Assembly (NCBI GenBank): GCA_010909165.1
Contig: MU008163.1
Span: forward strand, 124,001-188,000
From: Anthoceros angustus
Lineage: Eukaryota; Plantae; Anthocerotophyta
Direction of reading: 5' to 3'
DNA length: 64,000 bases
A model generated the notes under the pieces. That model had not been told where the DNA came from. It saw only the letters and a list, made by a program, of their open reading frames with translations, and did no database searches. Position 1 is the first letter of the stretch. Each line of letters starts with the position of its first letter. Positions 10,728 through 24,539 of this stretch are shown piece by piece. A program made the position numbers and the translations under genes.

Positions 10728-11660
10728 ATTCTGTGGGTGTGCAATCCTTTCAGGATCGGATCAGCACGCATGTGCTGTTGTTCCAAGCTTCCACAATTAC
10801 GGTACACAACTCTCTTCTTTCCCAGCCAGCAGCTCTCCCCAACACCAGTATCATCGAGACTCAACGTTTGCAGTACTAATGCAAGACTTAGGTGAGTTCA
10901 GAAGCGCGAGAGTTGTTGTGTTCAAATGAAAATGCAAACGGAAATGATCCCTCAACAACTGCAGCCCAGTATCACACAACCCTGTTTGTTTCCATGGTCT
11001 CTCATCAAGCTCTCAGTCATTTTAACAAAGAGCCTATGTGAACCTCATCACTGCTCTGCGCGTCCTGGGTGTCACACTGACATGACGCAAGCATGGGCTT
11101 GCGCTTTTCTCATTTTGGCCACTCGTTCTTTATTACGTGTCTATGTGTGTGTCAGGGCATAGCTTCCTCGGCTTCATGCGCTACAAACCCAGGACCCAGG
11201 TGAGGAAGAAGGCTTCTGACCAATCTGACGCATCTATCCAGGTGCAGGGATATGCGCCCAATAATGCAGCGCCGGGGCGTCGCTTTATGGGGTTTTTGGA
11301 CTTTACCGAAAAGTGAGACCGGGATAAGAAAAGCTTTGCTTTATCCAGTCTTTTGGACTTTACGGAAAAGTGAGACCGGGATAAGAAAGGATTTCAAACG
11401 GGTGGTAGCGTAGCGGTTATGCCGAAAGCCTATTCTGGCCCGCAACCCGAGTTCGACGCCTGATTGGAAGGGAGCAGAGGGAGCGAATCTATCTTGGAAA
11501 AGTCTGGTGACTTCAGGAGGCATGGGCAGTGGGCAGGTGTGGCCTACGTGTAAGAGTTCGCTTCCCTGAAGGAAGGCATCTGCATATGCATATAAGATGG
11601 TATATGTTGTTGTAGGAATCTTCCTTACCTGGTACTGAAAATGAGAGAGAATGGTTTTGT

Positions 11661-14600
11661 ATGAGAAACAAAGATGAAGCTCCGCTAGCAATGAGTTTAG
11701 CTCATTCACCATTAGCGATCATCAACGACTTGAGATATAGCTATGAAAAGCACTATGCGTCACATGAAGCTTCCACCTCTTGCGCCTCATTCAAGAAGTC
11801 ATTTTTGCCCTTACCTTTGAAGAGTGATTGTATCAATCTTCGAGTATGTTTGTGTGCTACAGAGGGTGACTCATTACTCAAAAAGCTCTATTGGAATGAG
11901 GAGAAGTGGAGAAGGCAAAACTTGGCAGCTCATCTTGAGAGAACAAGAAAGGATGATCATTCTTTTGGTTTAGGTTATATTGCAGTAGTCCCTAGAAAAA
12001 AACTCTGTCAGGAAACTCAAGATACATACAAGGAGTCCTTTTGGACAAAGTTGAAAAAGGACTGCGAAGGATTGCATGACCTTACCAAAGAACGGATTCA
12101 ATATCTCAAGCACAAGCTATTATTCCGGGAACCCAAACATTTTGAAGATCAAATAACATGTGTTGCATCAGAGTCATTGGCATCTATACAATTAAGTAAA
12201 CAAATAGAAGGGACAGAAAATATTTGTACTAAAGAACAAAAGCATGGAAAAAGATCTGAGGGTATGCTATCTAATCAGGGAGATCTAGATGCAACTGAAT
12301 CTGCAAATATACAAGACATAATTCCATGTAATACTGGTAGAGATTGTAGAGAAAATCAAACTAATATATTATGTTTGGCAAACAAAAGATCTAGTGATAT
12401 AAGTTGCCATATCTTTCAATACAGAGGGAACAAATTAAATGAATTGAGACCTACTCAAAAACATTCGGCATCAAACCATGTTCCTCCAAAACTTAATTCA
12501 ACAATCATCCTCACACAAGAAACTCATAAAATTGTGCCTTCATCCAAATTAAAAAAAATAAAAAGATCGCAAGAAAGAGTAAAACCAAAGAATGAAATAT
12601 CCCAAAAGGGAAATGATTCTCAAGAACAAAACAAAAAGGATCAAGGTACTAATGACAAAAATTCAAGCATTCCACACCGAGGTGTTAACTTTCATAAGCC
12701 ACCACCGGTCATCCCAGAAGTGCATAGAGGCAAGACAAGGCCAGGCAGGCCAAAACTTACTGAGCCAAATTTTAACATCATGCTTCAGGTTATTATTAAA
12801 AAAATTATGAACTAAATAATAAGGTATTCATTACCTACATGTGCATAACGTTTTCTTTCTCACACTTCAGGCTTTCAATTGGGAGTCACAAGCTAAAAAA
12901 CCATGGTGGAAACACATTGCCACAAAAGTCGAGGAAATTGCTGAAGCTGGGTTTACAGATGTTTGGCTTCCTCCTTGTTCACAATCAGTGGATAAACATG
13001 GTAATGAATCAAATTAATGAGTAAGTTACAACAAATCCTAACATAAATAATGCTTTGGATAAATATGAATTAGATTAAGGAAAAAACAGATATATATCAA
13101 ACAAAATATACTTATCTTGGGGGCGGTCGGTAGCTTCAGGGTACACAATGGGGGGCAGAGAGTGGGAAGCGGGGGGAGGACAGGTGTAGAGGGGATTTCT
13201 TGTCTGTGCATATTTATAAAGCTTCCACATTCTAAGAAAAAAAATATAAAAGATATATATATTAATCAAGACCCCATCATTTTGTGTGTTAGGGTATCTA
13301 CCAAGCCAACTATATAATTTAGATGCATCATCCTATGGCACTGAGATAATGCTAAAGGAACTAAACGATAAATTGCATGAATTTGGAATGTTCTCCATTG
13401 CGGACATCGTAGTAAATCATAGAAGTGGCTCTAAGCAAGATGCTACAGGTCATTGGAATGTGTATGAAGGTGGCACATTAGACAAACGACTTGCTTGGGG
13501 CCCTTGGGCTGTTGTAGATAATGACACATATGACAGTGGGGGCAAGGGAAAACATGATTCTGGTGAAAGCTATGGTGCCGCCCCTGATTTAGATCACACA
13601 AATAAGAGAGTTCAAGATGAACTGACGGATTGGTTAAATTGGTTGAAAGCAGAAGTAGGCTTTGATGGATGGAGATTTGATTTTGTGAAGGGATATGCAC
13701 CAAAATACACTGGAATGTAAGTGATCATTACACTTGTAAGATAAACATATATATTAATAAAAAATAAAATACTACATATTTCATAAGAAGGTATGATATA
13801 TACGTAAGGTTACTTGCTGAGTAAATTACATTGATATACAGCTATTGTGAAAGGACAAATCCTGTTTTTGCTGTTGGAGAGTTTTGGACATCTTTGCATT
13901 ATGATGGATCTGTTCTTGCTGTGGATCAAAGTAAGGTACTCAGAAAAGTCCAGCTTTTAACTACATGAAACCTGTTACTTAAATTTCCTAAATATTTAAC
14001 TTCTGCGTATATATCGAATTTGTTTAGATAGCCATCGGCAACTTCTTTGTGATTGGATTGATGGCACCGGGGGTTGTTCTGCCGTATTTGATTTTACTAC
14101 AAAAGGAGTTTTACAAACAGCTGTACAAGGAGAGTTATGGCGTCTGAAAGATGCTCAAGGAAAGGCTCCCGGACTATTGGGTAAATTCCTTAATCAAAAT
14201 ATGCTATGCACATCAATAAATAATTCCTTTGATTCCTTTGTTATTCCTAAAAACATTGTTATAAAAATAGTTTATCATGGTACATATGATATGGTTTTCA
14301 GGATGGTATCCCCAAAAAGCTGTTACCTTCGTGGACAATCACGACACTGGCTCAACTCAACGTCATTGGGTTTTTCCTGATGAAAAAGTTTTTCAAGGTT
14401 ACGCATATATTATTACGCACCCTGGAATTCCATGTGTGGTAAAGAATCTGAATTAATCTATACAAATTTAAACAGATTCAATATTTTAGGTGTGGTGACC
14501 TTTAGCCTATATTCTCATACCATAAATTTATATGTAGTTCTATGATCATTTTTTCGATTGGCCAAAAGGCAAGGAGACAATATCTGAATTGATAGCTGTG

Positions 14601-15218
14601 AGAAAACGCAACCGTATAAATGCAGATAGTAAGCTTGTTATAAATATAGCGGAAGCCGATATTTATGTTGCTACTATTGATGACCGGGTCATTATTAAGA
14701 TGGGTCCGAGGTAATAATCTTTATGTTTTAAATCAGGTTGATACTATATAAGATCTCTTATTACACTTGTAGTTGACACTTTTATTTTATGTAGAATGGA
14801 TATGGGAGCATTGCTTCCTGATGCTACTTGGAAAATGGTAGCTTCAGGAGCTGATTATGCTATATGGGAAAGTACAAAATCCTTTCCTACCAAGTTAATT
14901 GTGTCTGAACAAACAGATGAGACAAATCTACTTGACTTGGCACAACATCCAGTGACTCATTCTGAGCCTCATCCAATAAAAGTGACCAATAAAATGTCAC
15001 AAGAAACAGTGAAGAAGATACTAGAAGAAGCTCCTGATGTAGTTGGAAAATCACATAGAGATGTTCAACCAAAAAACAACAAGGATCCACATCTGAGACC
15101 AATTGTAGAGGATGATCAAAAAAAGTTGGAACACCAAAAAAAGAAGGATAATCCTTTAGATAGATTTTTTCATTGGAAAAAAGATGACCCGAATGAAACA
15201 ATATCTGGTGATGACTGA
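11661..15218 (+). CDS. AMY: GH13 plant-type alpha-amylase with long N- and C-terminal extensions; exons ~11661(or 11691)-12788, 12871-13000, 13293-13716, 13842-13930, 14028-14180, 14302-14438, 14538-14710, 14795-15218
   Basis: All GT-AG junctions splice in frame. The product contains IMLQ|AFNWES, DVWLPP, DIVVNHR (region I), [13 protein letters not shown] (II), AVGEFW (III), FVDNHD (IV), [12 protein letters not shown] and DYAIWE. The start codon is uncertain. Confidence 0.92.
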
Positions 15219-15779
15219 GTATAACATTGCTTATTTGAGGGTCTTCTACCAAGTGGTTGTAATTTGGTTCCCACAACATTATTCTTTGAGAGCTTCTTCT
15301 CTTTTCTTATGCCTACTCTTCAAAAAAAAAAGAAATATATCCAAGGGAGAAGGTTTAACATAAAAGGCTACAAAAAAAAAGTTATTTTTGACTAATTTAT
15401 TTATTCACATGATCATTTTAGGATGATGTTTTAGGTACTCTGACTACTTAGTAATAAGTAAATATGGTTCATTTCTCCAATTTACATGACTAGAACATGA
15501 TTCTAGCATACTCTATGATGTAGAGTAGGTAGATTGAGTACTAAGGGGAATAAAAATCTATCTACTTTTAAAGTGGTTTTTTAGTCATAATGACCTAGAC
15601 TAAAGGTTATGGATCATGAGAACTTTGGACCATTCTCTTGGGATTGGTGAGGATTGTTTTTGGACAATTGGAGCTTTGTAAAGTAGAGAAAAGTAAGAAC
15701 TTGCTTAGAATGAGAGGGACACGTAAGGAGGGCAACAAAATAGCCTCGAAAGTCCAACAACTCTATCCAAAGAAACATC

Positions 15780-16130
15780 GGAGAGCCCTAAACCGTAAAG
15801 CCCGAAAGTACCCCACTATGATAGACAACACGGAGAGCCCTAAACCCTAAGGCGAACCTACCGCACTACGATAGACAACACAAAACTGTACGGGAAGTGC
15901 AGCTCCATCTTCTTGAAGTTTGCCCAAGGGAAGTGCAGCTCCATCTTCTTGAAGTTCGCCCAAGTCCCTTCCCTTGTTGAGAAGGGATTGAACAACCTCC
16001 CATGGACGTTCCTAGAAGGAGCCGTCATTTGAACTTTCAAAGAGGGGGACAACGTCATGCCTTTTAGCGTTCAAAGAGGGGAGACAACGTCATGCCTTTG
16101 AGCCTTCAAAGAGGGGAGACAACATCATGC
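15780..16130. repeat. Cluster of short tandem repeats (gagagccctaaacc x2; ~33-bp gggaagtgcagctccatcttcttgaagtt x2; ~31-bp aaagagggg(g/a)gacaac.tcatgc x3)
   Basis: Read directly from the sequence. This may be a TE subterminal region. Confidence 0.75.
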
Positions 16131-16131
16131 T

Positions 16132-19100
16132 GGTCATGTGTTCCCGATAACCCCAACATTATGCCTATCAACATCTAACCTGTTGTCCAGTAAGTATACC
16201 CAACCATATGTAAATCCTTTCATTTGCTTGTCTACAACATCTAAGGGATTATACAACAGGTGTCTTTAGGTACGGAATATAGTTCCTCCATCTAGTTGTG
16301 TCCCTTAGGGTCTCATTGAATCCATTGCATCTCTTCTCATACTCTTCTTATACAATAGAAAGCTCGAGATTTTCCTTGAGATAATAGAGCATTTAAACGT
16401 GAAGAAAGTAAAATGGTCTATTATCCAGAGGACTTTCCAGACAGTCCGTGCGAGATGTTGCATGATATTTTTCTATTACATACGTGGGGGTTTCTAGACG
16501 CCCAGTTCGAGAGATCGAGATGTTCCGTTCACATAGCGTCCCTCAAATTCGCAACGTATCCTTCGAACCTATTTTTTGGAAGACGAACTGAACCCACCTA
16601 GCCAGAACCAGGTGAAACGACCTCTATCGACGATGACGGGGAACTGTGGGGGTTTCTGTATATTTGGAGATGGAGAGCGACTGAAGTTAACAGTACCGAA
16701 CAAACGTTTCCTCTCAATCAGGAATTAGGTCCAGGAACTTCCACACCCCAATTGGGGGACAATAATCAGTTTTCCCATTTCATGCCCCTACTTCCCTGGG
16801 GTACAGAGCCTGTGTCGGCGTTCGATGAGTTATTGAGCAACCGATAGTTGTGCAGAATCCTAAAAGCATTGGAGTCTTCACAAAAGGCGGTCGGGGATAC
16901 ATTTGTACAACGAGGCATCCAAGATGAGTGTTCGCATGAGAAGAACCACCTAAGTACATACTGGAGCAAAATTCTGTGGAAGAGAGATGACTTGCAAGTT
17001 ATATAGCCGTAGCACAGCAACGATCATTCCTTGTAAAGAAGTCCACATCACAAACATGCACCCCTGTAAAAACATTCAGATGTAGGACAGAACCAACGGA
17101 ATCGCTGACGATGCAAATTGCCAGCAAATCTCATGCAGAGCCCCCGCAATAGCTTGGCACCGGAATCATTCTAGGCAGCAACCTTAGCCCTTCAGGGCTA
17201 TGCGGTGAGAAACGACAGGATGGATGGCAGTACAAAATCGCCGCTCCTGTCTTGGTCCCTGCAGGCCTGCTCACGTCAGCTCTGGAATAATGAGAATCCT
17301 GCTGCAATCGATGACCTCTGCCCATAACTAACTAATATACATCAGGAAACCAAACTGCAAAGGGATTGCAGTTCTGGCTGAATAATATAAGTCCCTACCA
17401 CTCCATACTCAACAACACATGGAAAACTCCCACTTCAGGCTAAGCTGGAGGTATATGTACGGAAGCAACTGTTGGAGCATCTGTGTTGGGCATCTCTGAG
17501 CAGCAGATATATCACCGATGGCTGGAAGCTCAGATACACGTGCTTGTTTCGTATTTTATGCCCATGTCGACCTCGAAATGGCCACCCAAAAGGCCATACC
17601 TGCTCGCTATGCAGGCTGCTTACCTGTTGCTAGCACATCCATCATCGGGGATGAAAACTTATCACCTCCGAAACACACTGGCAAGGGGTAACTCTTCGCC
17701 GGGAACTAACATCTTGGTACCAAGTAAGGTCAATATGGTTCACGAGAAGTAAAAACCGAAAATCGGGATGATGAACCCCATTCTCTGCAGCCATACTTCT
17801 GCACCGTTCTTCAGATCATAATATTTCTTCGAAACCCTCCAGACTGGACCACGAAACTTATATGCAGACAGTCCAAAATACAGGCAGTGTTCCTTCCACG
17901 TGTTGCCCATCCCAACCCTGTACACCTCCACGAAGAAGTGGGTCATGTGTTCCGATAACCCCAACATTATGCCTATCAACATCTAACTGTTGTCCGAAGT
18001 ATACCCAACCATATGTAAATCCTTTCATTTGCTTGTCTACAACATCTAAGGGATTATACAAGTGTCTTTAGGTACCAATATAGTTCCTCCATCTAGTTGT
18101 GTCCCTTAGGGTCTCATTGAATCCATTGCATCTCTTCTCATACTCTTCTTATACAATAGAAAGCTCGAGATTTTCCTTGAGATAATAGAGCATTTAAACG
18201 TGAAGAAAGTAAAATGGTCTATTATCCAGAGGACTTTCCAGACAGTCCGTGCGAGATGTTGCATGATATTTTTCTATTACATACGTGGGGGTTTCTAGAC
18301 GCCCAGTTCGAGAGATCGAGATGTTCCGTTCACATAGCGTCCCTCAAATTCGCAACGTATCCTTCGAACCTATTTTTGAAGACGAACTGAACCCACCTAG
18401 CCAGAACCAGGTGAAACGACCTCTATCGACGATGACGGGGAACTGTGGGGTTTCTGTATATTTGGAGATGGAGAGCGACTGAAGTTAACAGTACCGAACA
18501 AACGTTTCCTCTCAATCAGGAATTAGGTCCAGGAACTTCCACACCCCAATTGGGGACAATAATCAGTTTTCCCATTTCATGCCCCTACTTCCCTGGGGTA
18601 CAGAGCCTGTGTCGGCGTTCGATGAGTTATTGAGCAACCGATAGTTGTGCAGAATCCTAAAAGCATTGGAGTCTTCACAAAAGGCGGTCGGGGATACATT
18701 TGTACAACGAGGCATCCAAGATGAGTGTTCGCATGAGAAGAACCACCTAAGTACATACTGGAGCAAAATTCTGTGGAAGAGAGATGACTTGCAAGTTATA
18801 TAGCCGTAGCACAGCAACGATCATTCCTTGTAAAGAAGTCCACATCACAAACATGCACCCCTGTAAAACATTCAGATGTAGGACAGAACCAACGGAATCG
18901 CTGACGATGCAAATTGCCAGCAAATCTCATGCAGAGCCCTGCAATAGCTTGGCACCGGAATCATTCTAGGCAGCAACCTTAGCCCTTCAGGGCTATGCAG
19001 TGAGAAACGACAGGATGGATGGCAGTACAAAATCGCCGCTCCTGTCTTGGTCCCTGCAGGCCTGCTCACGTCAGCTCTGGAATAATGAGAATCCTGCTGC

Positions 19101-19750
19101 AATCGATGACCTCTGCCCATAACTAACTAATATACATCAGGAAACCAAACTGCAAAGGGATTGCAGTTCTGGCTGAATAATATAAGTCCCTACCACTCCA
19201 TACTCAACAACACATGGAAAACTCCCCACTTCAGGCTAAGCTGGAGGTATATGTACGGAAGCAACTGTTGGAGCATCTGTGTTGGGCATCTCTGAGCAGC
19301 AGCAGATATATCACCGATGGCTGGAAGCTCAGATACACGTGCTTGTTTCACGTATTTATGCCCATGTCGACCTCGAAATGGCCACCCAAAAAAGGCCATA
19401 CCTGCTCGCTATGCAGGCTGCTTACCTGTTGCTAGCACATCCATCATCGGGGGATGAAAACTTATCACCTCCGAAACACACTGGCAAGGGGTAACTCTTC
19501 GCCGGGAACTAACATCTTGGTACCAAGTAAGGTCAATATGGTTCACGAGAAGTAAAAAACCGAAAATCGGGATGATGAACCCCCATTCTCTGCAGCCATA
19601 CTTCTGCACCGTTCTTCAGATCATAATATTTCTTCGAAACCCTCCAGACTGGACCACGAAACTTATATGCAGACAGTCCAAATACAGGCAGTGTTCCTTC
19701 CACGTGTTGCCCATCCCAACCCTGTACACCTCCACGAAGAAGTGGGTCTG
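16132..19750. repeat. ~1.8-kb tandem duplication of the DUF789 last exon and its 3' flank (third partial copy ~22503-23380)
   Basis: ggtcatgtgttcc(c)gataaccccaacattatgcc occurs at 16132 and 17941. The copies differ by homopolymer indels (gggg vs ggggg, aaaa vs aaaaaa). Confidence 0.92.
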
Positions 19751-21591
19751 CACTTCCATATGAAGTGATCAGTCAGTTCCTCAAAGGACATGCAACTAGT
19801 AAGACAATGACAGCTTTCTATATTCTCTCTCTCCCAGAGCATCCTCGTCCTTTTAATGAAATGATAACTACCAGCTAGACTCCTTACAGTGATCCTCAAC
19901 GACCATGCAGTAGTACCTGGGGAGAGATGGTGGAAAGTCAGAAATGACGCTTCGAGGCTGGCGAGTTTTGGCCCAGTTGGTATCCTGTAAATCGGATACC
20001 TGCAACCCAAGCTAAAAGAAATGAAAAAAACTGAAGTGCAAAGCAAGCAAGGGACTCGGGAAGCTGTCAACATATGGGAAACAGATGGTCCCAAAAAAAT
20101 GCTAGAAGTGTGAATTGAGAAGCGTACCAAGCAACAGCCATCCAACTCGATGGTCCAACTTCAGAAGATTCCAACGACCTTAGCGCCTCAAACGATCTCA
20201 CCTGAGCAATGGTGACAGAAAGTGAGAGTTCAAGCACGTGATTCCACAAGGGTTTGCATCACAGGACACCCTCTTCAGTTAATGAGGCGTCCACATTCTG
20301 TCCCCATAAGCTTACTCCAAAGCTTGGACTTACCTTGTCGACAAAGGGCTCTCGATACCATGGACGTTCCTAGAAGGAGCCGCCATTTGAACTTTCAAAG
20401 AGGGACAACGCCATGCCTTTTAGCGCTCAAAGAGGGAGACAACGTCATGCCTTTGAGCCTTCAAAGAGGGAGACAACATCATGCTGGTCATGTGTTCCCG
20501 ATAACCCCAACATTATGCCTATCAACATCTAACTGTCGAAGTATACCCAACCATATGTAAATCCTTTCATTTGCTTGTCTACAACATCTAAGGGATTATA
20601 CAGTGTCTTTAGGTACGAATATAGTTCCTCCATATATTGAAACTTCAAGACCTCCTTCAAGGGTTCTGTACCAAAATCACCAAACTCAATCCTGACATTC
20701 CTGCTTAACCTCTCTCCATCGCTATCAGAAGAGCTGTCTGTAGAGATTTCATAATCCGATTCATCTCCAGGTTTCCTAAAACAGGGCAAGAGTAACTGTT
20801 GTCATGCAACTCCAGGCAAGTTCATTGTTGCTCTTCCACAGTGCCAAAAGCTGATGACCAGGACTGGGGGGCAAACAGTTTGAAAAGAAGCAGAGGAGCA
20901 AATGCAGACAGCATGATGGACGGGCAAGATATGTTTAAGATAGATAAACAAACCTGAAGGGAACGTTTGCTCGGCATCCTGCAACAGTGTAAATCTGGAT
21001 AGCAGAAAGAGTTGGAACATAATATTGGGTGAAAGGAGGTTCAAAATCTAATTCGATAGGCACGCCAGCTCCATAGGCACTCCATTCCTCATACGCACTC
21101 CACAGATCATCCAAAACATAGAACGCCTGTGACGCAGTCTCAGTGCTCCAGCTTTTCTTTGTGCTAGTCTGCATCAGTCGTTGAAGCCCGCAGCTAGTCA
21201 GCACAGCTGCTCCACATGCTCAGTTTAGAAAATCAAGGTTCAAAGCCAGCAGGAATCAGGTGATTCTCATCACCTCAGAAGTGGACTAAGGTTTGCAAAC
21301 AATGGCTATCCAATCGGGACGTACGAATCTACTCCAGAGGGAAAATCAAAGTCAATATCATCTCACCTTCGGCAGGAACCTCGCTGTCAATTTCGGTGTC
21401 ACTGCCTGCAAAAATCGGTCCAAATTTACGGAACCCGATTCCTTGGCAGGCTCATACCTTGTCGACACATAACCTTGCATCAAGGGGATGGAAGACTTTT
21501 GGCGGCATCCTGTAAAGTACTCGGAGCTTTGCTTATGATGTGCAGCATATGACGGCACTTGAGGACGGTGACGTCCCGACGGACCACTCAT
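19533..21591 (-). CDS. DUF789 family protein (most complete copy; interrupted by a 258-bp insert at 20367-20624)
   Basis: Exons are 21591-21367 (NLDRFLQAVTPKL), 21168-20954 (LDDLWSAYEEWSAYGAGVPI..QYYVPTLSAIQIY), 20775-20334 (SDSD..FQYMEE[insert]RPWYREPFVDK), ~20200-20130 (SSWMAVAW), ~19999-19917 (YPIYRIPTGP..ASFLTFHHL) and ~19746-19533 (LPVFGLSAYKFRG..WLQRMGVHHPDFRFF). Confidence 0.85.
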
Positions 21592-24539
21592 AGATCCAAC
21601 CTTTTTGTCTCCGAAGTATTATTCCTCGCAGAAGCGATAAGGTGTCTGCCAATCTGCCATCAACAGTACGCCAGTCAGGAAGCCAGGGGAGAGCTCAGAT
21701 GCAAACAACAGGCCAACTACCACATTCAATTTCCCCCAAGCACAACGAGCCAATAGACGGATCCTAGACCAACGCCACACCGAGGTATCTACATTGCAAC
21801 CGCCGCAGAGTAAACACGACAAACAACTGAAACCACATGTAGAAGTTCAAAATTCAACAAATTCACAGAACTTATCCCAAAGCCACGGTCATCCCGCGAA
21901 GATTTACACACCGAAACAAGCTGCGTATCAGACATAAGCAGACGGCTCCATTGCAAGCCAGACAAACAGCATCGCCATCGGCGGCAATCAATCTAATCCA
22001 TCGGCAAATCCTGCAAGTCTCCTCGCATCAAAGGGAATACATAAACCCGCGCCAAACAGGCAGACCAGCAGATCCAAGGAATTACCTCCACCACGCATTC
22101 CTGCCATTCCATCCTCCCTACCTGAAAACCAGCAGCGACACCAGATGCGCCGCCGAATCGGATAAAACCAGCTGAGACAAGGCGATGCGCCAACTCCTCT
22201 CCCCGAATTGCGCTACGGCTCCCCGAAATTCCGCGGGATAACGAAGAATTCCGTGACACTCTTGCAGAGCTGCGCAATCCGGCAAATGACACAGCCGAGC
22301 ACAGTTCCGCAGAGCAGCACGTGAGCCGGCGGATGCAGCAGAGCGCAACGGCAGATCGGGTAGCGGCGTGGAAGCGAAGGCAAACGAGAAGAGTGTGGAG
22401 GAGAAGCAGGGACGACGAGTCCAGTGGAGTGCAGTGGAGACCGAAGCTGGAGGGAGTGGTGCAACGAGGAGAGGAGAAGGGCTAGAAAGAGAGGGGATGG
22501 CGAGGGCTATGCAGTGAGAAACGACAGGATGGATGGCAGTACAAAATCGCCGCTCCTGTCTTGGTCCCTGCAGGCCTGCTCACGTCAGCTCTGGAATAAT
22601 GAGAATCCTGCTGCAATCGATGACCTCTGCCCATAACTAACTAATATACATCAGGAAACCAAACTGCAAAGGGATTGCAGTTCTGGCTGAATAATATAAG
22701 TCCCTACCACTCCATACTCAACAACACATGGAAAACTCCCACTTCAGGCTAAGCTGGAGGTATATGTACGGAAGCAACTGTTGGAGCATCTGTGTTGGGC
22801 ATCTCTGAGCAGCAGATATATCACCGATGGCTGGAAGCTCAGATACACGTGCTTTCACGTATTTATGCCCATGTCGACCTCGAAATGGCCACCCAAAAAA
22901 GGCCATACCTGCTCGCTATGCAGGCTGCTTACCTGTTGCTAGCACATCCATCATCGGGGGATGAAAACTTATCACCTCCGAAACACACTGGCAAGGGGTA
23001 ACTCTTCGCCGGGAACTAACATCTTGGTACCAAGTAAGGTCAATATGGTTCACGAGAAGTAAAAAACCGAAAATCGGGATGATGAACCCCCATTCTCTGC
23101 AGCCATACTTCTGCACCGTTCTTCAGATCATAATATTTCTTCGAAACCCTCCAGACTGGACCACGAAACTTATATGCAGACAGTCCAAATACAGGCAGTG
23201 TTCCTTCCACGTGTTGCCCATCCAACCCTGTACACCTCCACGAAGAAGTGGGTCTGCACTTCCATATGAAGTGATCAGTCAGTTCCTCAAAGGACATGCA
23301 ACTAGTAAGACAATGACAGCTTTCTATATTCTCTCTCTCCCAGAGCATCCTCGTCCTTTTAATGAAATGCTCACTACCAGCTTGTTTGATGTTTGATCAA
23401 CCAGCTTGAATCTCGGTCGCGGTCACCTACATAAAAAGTGTGAGCACTCTTTCTTAGAATCTAGTATAGATAACCGAGTATTAACTTATTAAGCATATAT
23501 TATCTAATAAAATTATATATTTAATTGAAAATATATCAATATATTAAATATATAATAATTTATATATATAATATTTTATTCAGGAAAAAATTGATGAGAG
23601 AAACCCATCTAACATAGGACAACCAAGAGGGACCATGAGGATGGAGGTCAAAGGAACAAAGCAATGTGTATATATAGTTAGGATTGAATGTCCTTAGAGT
23701 AGATTAAAATTACCTTAGTTATATAATTATTTTTTATTTTTTTTGTGGAATAGGAAATTCATAGTTGGAGGTTCAATCGTTCCACTCAAAAATCTAGATC
23801 AATCACACATGATCTCTAGATCTCACTTTCATGAGACCTTGTTACACGATAGTTTATTTTGATATAAATACAAATATTTTCAGCAATTTCATGCAATATC
23901 ATGCATCATGGATCTCACTCTATAATGAGGAGAGATGATATGGCGTAAGACTTTAATTTAATTTAAGTAAAAATATTTTCAAAAAAACTGAAGTGCAAAG
24001 CAAGGACTCGGGAAGCTGTCAACATATGGGAAACAGATGGTCCCAAAAAAATGCTAGAAGTGTGAATTGAGAAGCGTACCAAGCAACAGCCATCCAACTC
24101 GATGGTCCAACTTCAGAAGATTCCAACGACCTTAGCGCCTCAAACGATCTCACCTGAGCAATGGTGACAGAAAGTGAGAGTTCAAGCACGTGATTCCACA
24201 AGGGTTTGCATCACAGGACACCCTCTTCAGTTAATGAGGCGTCCACATTCTGTCCCCATAAGCTTACTCCAAAGCTTGGACTTACCTTGTCGACAAAGGG
24301 CTCTCGATACCATGGACGCATTTCCTCCATATATTGAAACTTCAAGACCTCCTTCAAGGGTTCTGTACCAAAATCACCAAACTCAATCCTGACATTCCTG
24401 CTTAACCTCTCTCCATCGCTATCAGAAGAGCTGTCTGTAGAGATTTCATAATCCGATTCATCTCCAGGTTTCCTAAAACAGGGCAAGAGTAACTGTTGTC
24501 ATGCAACTCCAGGCAAGTTCATTGTTGCTCTTCCACCAA

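Noticed and set aside
9546-10864. Long minus-strand ORFs (390 aa, 259 aa) and a shifted 168-aa plus ORF over the oxidoreductase
   Set aside because: These are shadow ORFs caused by very high GC and codon bias. They contain no recognisable motifs.
15783-15850. Telomeric repeat (ccctaaa)
   Set aside because: There are only two isolated units inside a longer duplicated motif, not an array.
16300-17700. Hidden coding sequence in the 1.8-kb duplicated block
   Set aside because: Apart from the DUF789 last exon, all frames are interrupted and no motif was recognised. It is treated as 3' flank.
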